From an uncultured Eubacterium sp. (GTDB lineage: Bacteria > Bacillota > Clostridia > Lachnospirales > Lachnospiraceae), in NCBI GenBank assembly GCA_910586445.1, contig CAJUHV010000005.1:6108-70107 (forward strand): a DNA stretch of 64,000 bases, in the 5' to 3' direction. A program made the translations under genes and the position numbers. Position 1 is the stretch's first letter. The number at the start of each line of letters is the position of its first letter. Of this stretch, positions 8,347-18,228 are shown in pieces. Under the pieces are notes generated by a model. That model was not told the origin of the DNA. It worked only from the letters and a program-made list of their open reading frames with translations, and searched no databases.

Positions 8347-11300
8347 TCTCCTGATTGATTTCGTTATCTTCTACAAGCAGTATCTTTCTGCCGGTGAACA
8401 TCTCCAGCTGCGTATCTTCTTCCTCATCCTTTTCCTGTTCAAACGGTGCAGCTAAGATACCACGCAGCTCTGATAAGAAAATCGGTTTTGAGCAGAACGC
8501 CGTGACGCCTGCCTCCTTCGCTTCTTCTTCAATATCTGCCCAGTCGTATGCAGTCAGTATGATAATCGTAGGTATATCGCCTATCACCCTGCGGATTCTG
8601 CGTACTACTTCGATACCGTTTAGATCCGGCATAAGCCAGTCAATAATGTATACACTATACGGCTCATTCTGCTCCAGTGCAAATTCTGAACGGACTACCG
8701 CCTCTTTTCCCTGCGTCGTCCAGTCTGCGTGCATGCCGATGGATGACAGCATCTTGCTTATACTTGTACATACATGAATGTCATCATCTACGACCAAGGC
8801 TCTCAGGTCTGCGAGATTTTCCAAGCCCTCCATCTTTTCAGACTCATCTACAATGCGGAACTGGAAGGATACCATAAATTCGGTTCCCTTTCCCTCTTCG
8901 CTTTCTACCATAATCGTTCCATTCATCATGTCCACAATATTTTTTGTAATCGCAAGCCCCAGCCCTGTTCCCTGTATGCCGCTGATCGTGGAGGTGCGCT
9001 CCCGTTCAAACGGTTCAAACAAATGCTCCAGAAAATCCCTGCTCATGCCGACGCCGGTATCCTTTATCTTAAACTGATAAGAAGCGTATCCCTCCGGCGC
9101 ATCATCCGTCTGAATAATCTGTACGCTTACGGTGCCGCCTGGCTTTGTATATTTCATGGCATTGCTCAAAATATTTAAAAGCACCTGATTCAGGCGCAGC
9201 TTATCACATATGATCGTTTCATTGACCACATCCAGCGTATCAATATAAAACTCCAGCTGTTTTGCTTTTACATCCGACTGCACAATGGTCTTTAAGTCGT
9301 GCATAATCTCCGGCAGGCTGGCTTCTTTCTCATTGATTTTGACCTTTCCGCTCTCAATACGGCTCATGTCCAGCACATCGTTAATCAGGCTCAGCAGATG
9401 CCTGCTGGAAGTCATGATCTTATCCAGATAATTCTGTACCGTCTCTCTGCTGTCGATATGGGTAGCCGCCAGCGAGGTAAAGCCAATGATCGCATTCATA
9501 GGCGTGCGGATATCATGGGACATATTATTCAGAAAAATGGTCTTCGCATGATTGGCATGCTGCGCTTCTGCCAGTGCTTCTTTCAGAACTGCTTTCTGCT
9601 CCTGTTCTTTGCATACCATATCGTCGATATTTCGAAATCCAGACAGTATGTAGCTGCCATCCCCCTGACTGTCTCCCTCTATATTAATAAAAGTATACTG
9701 ATAGTTATGTATTTCATCCTGTTCAATCACGCGAAAGCTTCCTGTATACTCACCCGTCCTGCCCAGCTCTTCTACTACCTTTTCCAGTGAAAGTGCTTCA
9801 ACAGCCTGCTGCTTTTCCTCTGGATGTACAAAGCTTTGAATATAATTATGTATCACAGAATCATATAAAAACTTTTCCCCTTTTTTCAGCTTTAAAACAG
9901 ACGCCGCAGAGCCTTCTGCTTTGATGACTCTTGAAACAGCCCTTTTAACATCGATCGCAAATACATTGATATAGTCACGGCTGAGCGCATTTACAATCGC
10001 AAGCTGCTCTTCCAGTCCCTTTTTAGACCGTTCGGTTGTCTCCAGCATTTTCTGGTTCCATCTGGCCCTAATGGTCAATAAAAGAATAATGCCTGCTATT
10101 ACTACACACAGCAGAACGATAACAGCCAATATGCCGGGATGAGCCATTATATATTGCTGGAATGACAGATCCTTTGGTGCGTATGTGGTATACTTTGAAA
10201 TCAGCTGGTTGAGCGTATCATCCGGCATCTGCTGGATGCATTTGTTCAAAATAGTCACAAGCTCATGGTCACAGCTGTTTCTGACATACATCTGAAACTG
10301 AAAGCTGATTTCATTTATAATACTGTAATGCAGTGAATCGGTATAATCATTATTGACAAACAGCTGTGCCGCATACGTATACACATATGCCGCATCTGCC
10401 TCTCCGTCCATGACAGCACGCAGAGCCTCTTCCCTTGTAGGATACTTTAAAATCTCCGCATCTCCCGTAATCCCCTGCTCCAGCGGAACATATCCCTGCG
10501 TTTCAGCAATTGCTACAGTTTTTACCTCGTCATTAAAATCATTTCTGGTTACTTTGGCCATGCCTGTCGTCATATATGTATTTGTATTGAACCCCTGATA
10601 CATGTCGCTCTCATTGACTGCATCGGTTGTCCTCCTGTCAATCACTACATCTACGCCGTTCGTCTCTGCAAGGTCATAATAGTGCTCCCTGTCTTTTGGC
10701 ACCACCATCTCATACGGCAGCCCCGCCAGCTCCATAACGTCCTCGAAATATTCAACAAAAATTCCTTTCAGCTCTCCGCCGTCCACAAAGGAATAAGGAT
10801 TCCGGTCGCCCATTGCCATAGCCGTAATCTTTTTTTTGCCCGCAAGCACATCCTGAATATATGCTTTTTCCCTTTTGTTAAATGTCAGGGCGTCCGAATA
10901 AACAGCTCCATAATGTTTATAATGCAGCACATTTGTCCAGTCGCCTTCATTGATGTTCATCTGTTCAATGGCATAATTAATCTCACTTAAAAGCTCTTTG
11001 TCATCTTTCCGTACAACCGCATAAAAATGGTCAGATCTGATCGTATCGAGTATCTTTTCATTTTCCGTCCTTCTAAGGTCGCTGGAAAGAATAGCGTCAA
11101 TCTCTCCATGAGCCAGTGCCTTTGTAACCTGATCTGTATTCTCATATTCCCTGAGAGTACAGGTAAACCCTTTTTCTTCCGCAAATTTTAACAGGCTCTG
11201 ATTCTGGCTGCTCCCTTTGATCACGCCGACAATCATTCCATCATAAGTCGCATAATCGCCGCTGCGGAGATGTGTATGGTCTGCCCGCATGGAAAGAATT

Positions 11301-11701
11301 GTACGATTTCGGCCGATCGGAAGTGAAAAAACAAACCTCTTTGAACGCTCGGGTGTCTTTCGAACCGATGTCACTACATCGACCTCACCGCTTTCCAGCA
11401 TATCAAGCATCTCATCCCAAGATTTATCGTATCCTGCATATTCAAAATTTAGATGAGAGTATTCAGACACAAGGTTCAAAAAATCAATGCCGTAGCCTTC
11501 CAGATTTCCATCCTGATCCTTCATATGATAACCGTCAAAATAAAAGATCCCCGCCTTTACTGTCTGATTGACTGGCTCTCCGGCTGCCGCTGCGGGGGAC
11601 ATGCTGCCACATACCATAATGATACATATAAGCAGTAATATAGTCCGTTTGTAATATCCTTTCGTGTGCATTGTTTCTTTTGCTTCCTCCAATTTTTTCA
11701 T
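8306..11701 (-). CDS. hybrid sensor histidine kinase (two periplasmic SBP_bac_3-like domains, TM, HisKA, HATPase_c, REC), 3' end disrupted by a frameshift
   Basis: Signal/TM N-terminus followed by two solute-binding-like repeats. H-box [17 protein letters not shown]-boxes GTGLGLAI, and a REC with DWLMPDLNG. The second REC begins ([20 protein letters not shown]) and then terminates abnormally. Confidence 0.85.
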   Translation of the reverse strand: MKKLEEAKETMHTKGYYKRTILLLICIIMVCGSMSPAAAAGEPVNQTVKAGIFYFDGYHMKDQDGNLEGYGIDFLNLVSEYSHLNFEYAGYDKSWDEMLDMLESGEVDVVTSVRKTPERSKRFVFSLPIGRNRTILSMRADHTHLRSGDYATYDGMIVGVIKGSSQNQSLLKFAEEKGFTCTLREYENTDQVTKALAHGEIDAILSSDLRRTENEKILDTIRSDHFYAVVRKDDKELLSEINYAIEQMNINEGDWTNVLHYKHYGAVYSDALTFNKREKAYIQDVLAGKKKITAMAMGDRNPYSFVDGGELKGIFVEYFEDVMELAGLPYEMVVPKDREHYYDLAETNGVDVVIDRRTTDAVNESDMYQGFNTNTYMTTGMAKVTRNDFNDEVKTVAIAETQGYVPLEQGITGDAEILKYPTREEALRAVMDGEADAAYVYTYAAQLFVNNDYTDSLHYSIINEISFQFQMYVRNSCDHELVTILNKCIQQMPDDTLNQLISKYTTYAPKDLSFQQYIMAHPGILAVIVLLCVVIAGIILLLTIRARWNQKMLETTERSKKGLEEQLAIVNALSRDYINVFAIDVKRAVSRVIKAEGSAASVLKLKKGEKFLYDSVIHNYIQSFVHPEEKQQAVEALSLEKVVEELGRTGEYTGSFRVIEQDEIHNYQYTFINIEGDSQGDGSYILSGFRNIDDMVCKEQEQKAVLKEALAEAQHANHAKTIFLNNMSHDIRTPMNAIIGFTSLAATHIDSRETVQNYLDKIMTSSRHLLSLINDVLDMSRIESGKVKINEKEASLPEIMHDLKTIVQSDVKAKQLEFYIDTLDVVNETIICDKLRLNQVLLNILSNAMKYTKPGGTVSVQIIQTDDAPEGYASYQFKIKDTGVGMSRDFLEHLFEPFERERTSTISGIQGTGLGLAITKNIVDMMNGTIMVESEEGKGTEFMVSFQFRIVDESEKMEGLENLADLRALVVDDDIHVCTSISKMLSSIGMHADWTTQGKEAVVRSEFALEQNEPYSVYIIDWLMPDLNGIEVVRRIRRVIGDIPTIIILTAYDWADIEEEAKEAGVTAFCSKPIFLSELRGILAAPFEQEKDEEEDTQLEMFTGRKILLVEDNEINQEIAKAILEEGWICD

Positions 11702-11794
11702 CTGCTACCTTATTATATACCAGCTCAGATATAAATTCAATGCAAATCTATTTTTCAAAGCACACACTCATACAACAGCCGCAGCCGCTCTCGC

Positions 11795-14092
11795 TTATAC
11801 CATTACACGCTCCAGCCTGGCTCCCATACGGCTTAATATCTCATTTGTAATCGTTCCTGCCTGCGCAGCAATATCACAGACAGAGATTTCCATGCTGCCG
11901 GACCGGCCGATCAGTACGGCCGTATCTCCTGTCTTCACATCGCCTATCCCTGTCACATCTACAATCGTCTGATCCATGCATATGCGCCCGATCACAGGTG
12001 CCCTCTGCCCATGGATCAGGACACTTCCCACTCCTCCTGATAAGGCACGCGGCAGTCCGTCTGCATAGCCGATTGCAAGCACCGCAATCTTCATATCCCG
12101 TGCTGCCGTAAATGCCGGACCGTATCCGGCAGACTCGCCCTGATACAATACTTTTACAGCAGCAATCCTTGCCTTTAATGACAAAACAGGCTGCAGCTCT
12201 TCCTGCCACCTTACCGTATCCTCTTTTGTACTGAGCACGCCATACAGCGCAATTCCAACCCGCGCATAATCTCCTGCCAGCTCCGGGTAGTTCAGCACGC
12301 CATAGCTGGCGAGCATATGCAGCTTTGGACACGGATATCCCTGCTCCCTCAGTGCAGCGACTGTACGGCAGAACGCTTCTGCCTGCAGGCTGGTATATGC
12401 CCTGCCATACATCTGCAGCGTATCAGAGGCTGACAAATGCGTATATAAGCCGTCTACAATCAAATGCTCCAGCCCATAGACTGCCATGATCTTTTTTATA
12501 TTTTCACTCCGCTCGCCAAGGCGGTGCATACCGGTATCAATACCAATATGTACATGGATATCCACCCCGCAGCTGTTTAACTGTAAGGCATATTCGTAAT
12601 CAATCACCGTCTGCGTCAGATGATACTGGTGCAGCAGCGCACACTGATCCTTATGCGTATAGCCTAAAATTAGAATTTCACCCCGGATTCCCTGCCTGCG
12701 CAGCTGTATCCCCTCCTGCACACAGGCAACGCAGAACGAATCCACGCCCATTTTCTGCAGCTGCCCTGCGATCAAAACAGCTCCATGTCCATAGGCATCC
12801 GCCTTGACTGCCGGCATCAGCCTGCAGTCTGCGGGCAGCTTGGAGCGCAGCACCGCTACATTATGCTGCAGTGCCTCATGGTCAATCTCCAGCCACGCTC
12901 TGCCCAGGCAGAAATCCTGCGCCCTGCTTTCCTGACGTTCCTGCGCCCTGCTTTCCTGACGTTCATGTTCCCTGCTTTCCTGACGTTCCTGCGCCCTGCT
13001 CCGCCTAGATTTTTTCTGCTGTAAAAGCAGCTGTCTTTTCCTTCCGCCCACAGGCCCCTTCCATTGATCTAAAAATACTGCGATCATAAATGCAGACGCA
13101 AATGAGCATATGCATACTACGAAATAATGTACGACGCTGTTTTCCACAAGCAGATCCAGCTTCGTCACCTTTGCGGCTCCCCGCACTATGACAATCATCG
13201 CTGGGTGCAGGATATAAGTCCATGTCGCCGTCGTGCCAAGATACCGCTGCACGCCGCCAGGTCTTTTTTTACGTACTGTCCCGCGCCCGGTATTTTGAAT
13301 CAGTATTTTATATAGAAAGTACATGACCGGCACAAGCAGTATATACATGCTGTCATGACGCTGCAGCTCAAAATGCCTTAACAAAAACGCTTCTTCTGTC
13401 ATTGCTACAAATGAAACCGCAAGCCCTGCCCACAAGATACGCGCATCCGCCGCCCGCTTTTTATTTTTCGTGCCGGATGAGGCAGCTTCGCCGAGCAGCA
13501 GAAAAACAGGCGCTAAAAAAATACCATTGCGCGTATAGGAAAACAGCTGAAACGCGGCTTCGTAAAAATCTCCGACTACCGGCAGTTCTTCAACCAGCCC
13601 GTAGTAGCTGTCGCCAAACAGTCCGGCTGCATACAATACTGCTGCAAGTATCATCATCTTGTTTCGGCGCATCACGCAGCTTGCCGCATATACGATCAAT
13701 ATGCCTATGATGCAGGCCGGAAAATACCACAGATGGTAAAACGTGCCGTCAAATATAAGCATGCGGAGTACATCAGAAATTCCCAGATTTTTATACTGCC
13801 CCGCATAAATGCCGATCGGTATATATAAAATAACCGCTGCTCCATAAAGCAGTGCAATCTTTTTCACATAATTTAATACCCGCGCCATGCCGCACTCTGG
13901 AAAGGCAGACACCACAAACTGCCCTGTCACCATAAAGAAAAACGGCACTGCAATCCTGCCCAGCACCCTTGTCAGAAAAAAATCCGCATCGGCACTTAGT
14001 GACATCAGCGGCGAGGTATGAATAGCTACGACCAATGCCGCTGCAAATATCCGAAATTGTTCCAGCCTGTCAAATCGCTGTTTTTCACGCAT
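11795..14092 (-). CDS. vanT: VanT-type membrane-bound serine/alanine racemase (acyltransferase_3 membrane domain fused to a PLP alanine-racemase domain)
   Basis: About 330 aa of multi-TM acyltransferase-3-like N-terminus, a charged linker, then a racemase domain with the PLP-lysine motif PAVKADAYGHG. Located directly downstream of vanG and vanXY. Confidence 0.85.
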   Translation of the reverse strand: MREKQRFDRLEQFRIFAAALVVAIHTSPLMSLSADADFFLTRVLGRIAVPFFFMVTGQFVVSAFPECGMARVLNYVKKIALLYGAAVILYIPIGIYAGQYKNLGISDVLRMLIFDGTFYHLWYFPACIIGILIVYAASCVMRRNKMMILAAVLYAAGLFGDSYYGLVEELPVVGDFYEAAFQLFSYTRNGIFLAPVFLLLGEAASSGTKNKKRAADARILWAGLAVSFVAMTEEAFLLRHFELQRHDSMYILLVPVMYFLYKILIQNTGRGTVRKKRPGGVQRYLGTTATWTYILHPAMIVIVRGAAKVTKLDLLVENSVVHYFVVCICSFASAFMIAVFLDQWKGPVGGRKRQLLLQQKKSRRSRAQERQESREHERQESRAQERQESRAQDFCLGRAWLEIDHEALQHNVAVLRSKLPADCRLMPAVKADAYGHGAVLIAGQLQKMGVDSFCVACVQEGIQLRRQGIRGEILILGYTHKDQCALLHQYHLTQTVIDYEYALQLNSCGVDIHVHIGIDTGMHRLGERSENIKKIMAVYGLEHLIVDGLYTHLSASDTLQMYGRAYTSLQAEAFCRTVAALREQGYPCPKLHMLASYGVLNYPELAGDYARVGIALYGVLSTKEDTVRWQEELQPVLSLKARIAAVKVLYQGESAGYGPAFTAARDMKIAVLAIGYADGLPRALSGGVGSVLIHGQRAPVIGRICMDQTIVDVTGIGDVKTGDTAVLIGRSGSMEISVCDIAAQAGTITNEILSRMGARLERVMV
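12917..13000. repeat. 24-bp in-frame tandem repeat, about 3.5 copies, inside the VanT interdomain linker
   Basis: ctgcgccctgctttcctgacgttc at 12917..12940 and 12941..12964 (identical). A variant copy at 12965..12988 and a partial fourth copy. Encodes ERQESRAQ-type repeats. Confidence 0.9.
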
Positions 14093-14152
14093 ACATGTGC
14101 CTCCATTCCATGCAGCGAAAAATCTTCCGCATACAAAGCTCCCCTGCGCTGC

Positions 14153-14923
14153 TTATGCGCATTTCCATATCGTAACAATAAACCCGTCCACATTATTTCC
14201 AGAAACAGAATACTGTGTTCCGGCTTCTAAATCAAACTGCGCCTGCCCGGATTCTGTATCCGCAGATTTTAGATAAATGATATCCGCTGCACGCCCATGT
14301 CCTTCATAATGCAGAGGCTCCTGCCCATATGGGAATCCGCGCAGATACGAAATATATTCCTCCAGCGTAAAGCCATGCTCTTTGATCATGGCAGCATGCG
14401 GCGTGCCTACAAAGCGAAAGTGCCACGGTTCATGTCCTATTCCCGTAATACTTTCCCTGCCCTTTGGATACCGTTCGATAAAACCATATTCCGCTGCGTT
14501 TTCGCGGAAGATCTGGCAGAGGCCGTCATACGGAAAATCCGGCCTGATAAAATCGATCACATCCTGCTTCTTTCCAAGGTCAATCGCAAGCCCCGTCTGG
14601 TGCTCACTGTGTCCCGGCACTGCCACATAGGTCTGTGTAAACTCCTGCCCATTCTCCCTGAGTGAATCCGCCCAGATCTGCTGCTGTTCTTCCATAGAGC
14701 GCCAGCCGCTGACAGGTACGATCTGCTCCATGCCGCCTATTCTGCGAAGCAGCATAAGCAGGCTGCACGCTGCAGGTTCCTTTAATAAAACCGGCTCCGC
14801 CTCCTGCATATAAGACAGGCCAAGCGGCTGCGCTGCCTCCCACAGACCGCGATACGCATGGTCTGCATTTACTAATATCAGATTACCCTTATTTATATCC
14901 TTGTCCTCAAAATAAATCCGCAT
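14153..14923 (-). CDS. vanXY: VanXY-type D,D-dipeptidase/D,D-carboxypeptidase
   Basis: 256 aa with zinc-ligand motifs SEHQTGLAIDL and HEPWHFRFVG. Lies between a D-Ala-D-Ser ligase gene and vanT. Confidence 0.85.
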   Translation of the reverse strand: MRIYFEDKDINKGNLILVNADHAYRGLWEAAQPLGLSYMQEAEPVLLKEPAACSLLMLLRRIGGMEQIVPVSGWRSMEEQQQIWADSLRENGQEFTQTYVAVPGHSEHQTGLAIDLGKKQDVIDFIRPDFPYDGLCQIFRENAAEYGFIERYPKGRESITGIGHEPWHFRFVGTPHAAMIKEHGFTLEEYISYLRGFPYGQEPLHYEGHGRAADIIYLKSADTESGQAQFDLEAGTQYSVSGNNVDGFIVTIWKCA

Positions 14924-14965
14924 AATAATCCCACCACCAGCTTATAAAATAATTGATCTCATTTA

Positions 14966-16030
14966 TTACGGTGCCTTCACCGCCAGCCGTATGATCTGAT
15001 CTATAATCCAGCCAAAGGTATGCCCTGCTGCCTTCATCATGCCCGGATAACGGCTGTGTTCGGTAAATCCCGGAATTGTGTTGACTTCATTAAATACAAT
15101 CTCGCCCCCAGGCGTCAAAAACAGATCTACACGTGCAAAGCCGCTGCATCCAAGCGTCTGGTATATCAGCTGTGCAGCCTGTTTGACCTCATCGCTTTTA
15201 TGCGCATCAATTCTTGCAGGTACATGTATCGCCGAGGTTTTCAGCGTATATTTTTCTGTAAAATCAAAAAATCCTCCCGAGAGCTCGATCTCGTCTACCT
15301 CTCCGGTAATCAGCTGGTCATTTCCAAGCACGGCGCATCCTACCTCAAATCCGTCGATATTTTCTTCTAAAATCACCTGATCATCATACTGAAAAGCAAG
15401 CACAATCGCATTATGCAGCTGATCATGTGCTGTCACCTTTGTCACGCCAAATGACGATCCGGCTTTTACCGGCTTTACATAAAGCGGATACCCTATTTCA
15501 GCCGCAAACGCATCTGCCCTGTCATAATCATCCGCATATGCAGCACCTGATTTTATAACTACCGCCCGCGGCACGCGTATGCCCGCAGCAGCGGCAAGCC
15601 TGTGCGCACGGTCTTTATCCATGCACAGTGCAGACGCCAGCACACCGCAGCCTGCCAGCGGAATGCCTGCCAGCTCTGCGGCTCCCTGCACCGTGCCGTC
15701 TTCTCCGTTTTTTCCATGCAGTACCGGAAACACTACATCAACCGGAAGTTTTTTTACCCCGTCTTCTTCAAACAGCATAAGGCAGTGCTCGCTGCGGTTT
15801 GGTGAAAGTGCTGCCGGAGTACAGTCTGATTTATTATGCCAGGTGTTCTCCCTGATCGCCGCAGGATCTCCCTTAAAATAAAACCAGTCGCCTTCCTTTG
15901 TAATGCCGACCGGAACAGCATGATATTTTTCTGTATCCAGATTACTGATTACGGCACCTGCTGATTCTAAAGATACACTGTACTCCGAGGAATGTCCTCC
16001 AAAAATAACAGCAACATTTAATTTTTCCAT
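14966..16030 (-). CDS. vanG: VanG-type D-alanine--D-serine ligase
   Basis: 354 aa. Long collinear identity, as recalled, with enterococcal VanG (VFPVLHGKNGEDGT.QG..ELAGIP..GC..L.SALCMDKDRAH, GFEVGCAVLG, VDEIELS.GFFD.TEKYTLK.S.I..PARID, GEIVFNEVNTIPGFT.HSRYP.MM). Operon context with vanXY and vanT. Confidence 0.85.
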   Translation of the reverse strand: MEKLNVAVIFGGHSSEYSVSLESAGAVISNLDTEKYHAVPVGITKEGDWFYFKGDPAAIRENTWHNKSDCTPAALSPNRSEHCLMLFEEDGVKKLPVDVVFPVLHGKNGEDGTVQGAAELAGIPLAGCGVLASALCMDKDRAHRLAAAAGIRVPRAVVIKSGAAYADDYDRADAFAAEIGYPLYVKPVKAGSSFGVTKVTAHDQLHNAIVLAFQYDDQVILEENIDGFEVGCAVLGNDQLITGEVDEIELSGGFFDFTEKYTLKTSAIHVPARIDAHKSDEVKQAAQLIYQTLGCSGFARVDLFLTPGGEIVFNEVNTIPGFTEHSRYPGMMKAAGHTFGWIIDQIIRLAVKAP

Positions 16031-16187
16031 AATTATTAAATCCTTTCTGCTTTTATGATTTATTTTTCTTTATTAATTTGTAATTATTTATAATTTGTTT
16101 TATAGTTTGTTTGTCATTGCTTTCTACAAATGCATGCCCGTATCTTATATGTACTATTCGTATCATGTGTACTATGTACATTAATAC

Positions 16188-16216
16188 ACTATACGCCTTC
16201 ACACTTTTTTTGTCAA
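16188..16216 (-). promoter_or_regulatory. near-consensus sigmaA promoter about 150 nt upstream of vanG
   Basis: Minus strand reads TTGACA (16211..16216), 17 nt, TATAGT (16188..16193). Confidence 0.5.
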
Positions 16217-16470
16217 CTATATTTTTATGCCTTTCAAATATATCTGACCCAGACTTTATTATGGCATCATTTTCCTCTCTGAATCTATAATATTTTCCAT
16301 CAAAAACCTTACAATATTCATACTGCCCTATATTTTCCCAATTAATCCACGGCTTTCTATGATAATCACACAGAAAAGTTCTCGCCGCACGAGCTTTCTA
16401 TTGTTAGAAACCACAAAAAGCCCCCTGCCAGACAATGCCGGCACGGAGACATTTATAAATCTACATTTAA

Positions 16471-18228
16471 TTATATATTGTTAATTAAATGTACGCTGTC
16501 CAGCAGTTCCTCAATTTCCGATCCGGTCATCGTCTCGCTCTCTAACAGCTTTTCTGCTAAAACCTCTACCAGCTGATAGGAGTTTTCCAACAGCCCTGCT
16601 CCCTTATCATAAAAGATCCTGGACAGAGCCTGTACCCTGTCTGTCACTATATGGGCTGCTGCGCGCTCTTCTTCTTTCAGATACATCAGGTCTACAGGGC
16701 CGATTTTCGTATCAAAGCCGTAAGACGCCACATATCCTTTTAACAGTTTTGTTGCCTGTGTAAGGTCATTTGACGCACCTGTTGTAACGCTGCCAAACTT
16801 TATATTTTCGGAAATCTGTCCGGCATAGCACGCCATAACATCATGCTCCAGCTTATCACGCGTCACAAACTGGCTCTCTCCCTCCTGCCCGAATACCGCT
16901 CCGCCGACGCCGGAGGTCGTCCCTATCGTAGACACTCTCGAAATAGGCTCCCCGCAGAGATATTTCATAACGGCATGGCCTGCTTCATGGTATGCGACGA
17001 TTTCGCGGTCTTTTTCATGCTGCTTATTTTTCGAGCGGCTGCCTTTGAACACCTTTTTGTCAATCGCCTCTTCAATGCATTCCATATCGATTCTGCTTTT
17101 TTCCTTTGTAATCGCAATCAGGCTCGCTTCATTGCAGATCATAGAGATATCCGCTCCGGTAAATCCGCTGATTGCTTTTGCTAGCGAAGTAATCTCCAGA
17201 TCCTCTGCCACCTTATAATCTTTTAGGTAAAATTCCAGCATCTGCTTTCTGACCTTCCAGTCTCTTGGAGGATTAACGATAATCTGCCTGTCAAACCTGC
17301 CTGACCTTTTTAATGCACGGTCTAATTTATCCGGGCAGTTCGTGGCCGCAAGGACAAAGATCCCCTCTGTCGGCGTAAATCCGTCCATCTCCTTCAGCAG
17401 CTGGTTTATAATCTGTACATCCTCCGAATCAGCTTTTATGCTGCTGCGGCTGCCGCCCATCGCATCTATCTCATCAAAAAACACAATGCACGGCGTATGC
17501 CGTCTTGCAATTTTAAATACCTGCCGTACCCGTTTTGCACCGACACCTTTAAACAGCTCTGCAAATTCAGAACCGGAAATACTGATAAACGGCACTCCGG
17601 CTTCACAAGCCATCGCTTTTGCGATCAGCGTCTTGCCCGTACCCGGCTCTCCTGCCAGCAGCAGCCCTTTTGGTGCCCTGGCCCCGATCTTCCTGCCGAT
17701 CTTTGGCTCTTTGATCATCGATACATACAAATTAATGTCATCCATGATCTCGTCCAGCCCGATTACATCAGTAAAATGCACATCGCTTTTTTTCACAATG
17801 TCGCCAGCACGCAGCTTGCCGGTATTCCACTGCGAATATATGATTACTACAAACCAGACGCTTACAATTACAAGTTCTAAAATAATCACCATAAGCTCGG
17901 TTGCTGCAAGATCTGCATGTGCCTTTAAATTTACCCCGTGTTCCAGCATTTCCTTACGGAACTCCTCATATCTGGGATGGAGTGTTTTGTATCTGCTGCC
18001 GTGACTGGCAACAACTGTCATATATTCCTTATTCTGCGAATATTCGATTTCTGTGATCTCCCCTTTGTCCAGCATGGCGCGAAACCGCGTATAATCGATC
18101 TTTTCTATTTTAGAATCTGCTATATGCTTATATCCATTGATGCCCGCAAAAACAGCCATGCAGATCACGAATCCAATGATCACCAGCTTTTTGTGCTTTC
18201 CAAAAAATTCCTCAAGCTTCCCCAGCAT
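16471..18228 (-). CDS. FtsH-family ATP-dependent zinc metalloprotease paralogue (585 aa)
   Basis: Two TM segments flank an extracytoplasmic domain of about 80 aa. Walker A GEPGTGKT, Walker B IVFFDEID, SRH ATNCPDKLDRALKRSGRFD, and M41 zinc site HEAGHAV. Confidence 0.85.
   Translation of the reverse strand: MLGKLEEFFGKHKKLVIIGFVICMAVFAGINGYKHIADSKIEKIDYTRFRAMLDKGEITEIEYSQNKEYMTVVASHGSRYKTLHPRYEEFRKEMLEHGVNLKAHADLAATELMVIILELVIVSVWFVVIIYSQWNTGKLRAGDIVKKSDVHFTDVIGLDEIMDDINLYVSMIKEPKIGRKIGARAPKGLLLAGEPGTGKTLIAKAMACEAGVPFISISGSEFAELFKGVGAKRVRQVFKIARRHTPCIVFFDEIDAMGGSRSSIKADSEDVQIINQLLKEMDGFTPTEGIFVLAATNCPDKLDRALKRSGRFDRQIIVNPPRDWKVRKQMLEFYLKDYKVAEDLEITSLAKAISGFTGADISMICNEASLIAITKEKSRIDMECIEEAIDKKVFKGSRSKNKQHEKDREIVAYHEAGHAVMKYLCGEPISRVSTIGTTSGVGGAVFGQEGESQFVTRDKLEHDVMACYAGQISENIKFGSVTTGASNDLTQATKLLKGYVASYGFDTKIGPVDLMYLKEEERAAAHIVTDRVQALSRIFYDKGAGLLENSYQLVEVLAEKLLESETMTGSEIEELLDSVHLINNI

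Noticed and set aside
11702-11794. Expected terminator between vanT and the downstream hybrid kinase
   Set aside because: I found no convincing stem-loop with a U-tract in the 93-bp gap, so none is annotated. Read-through from vanT is possible but cannot be assessed from the sequence.
17342-18004. 220-aa plus-strand ORF
   Set aside because: It lies entirely antisense to the well-supported FtsH-like gene. It is Ser/Pro-rich with no RBS, and is a typical shadow ORF. The same reasoning applies to 6056..6613, 9299..9790, 44495..45103, 50747..51292 and 56345..56878.
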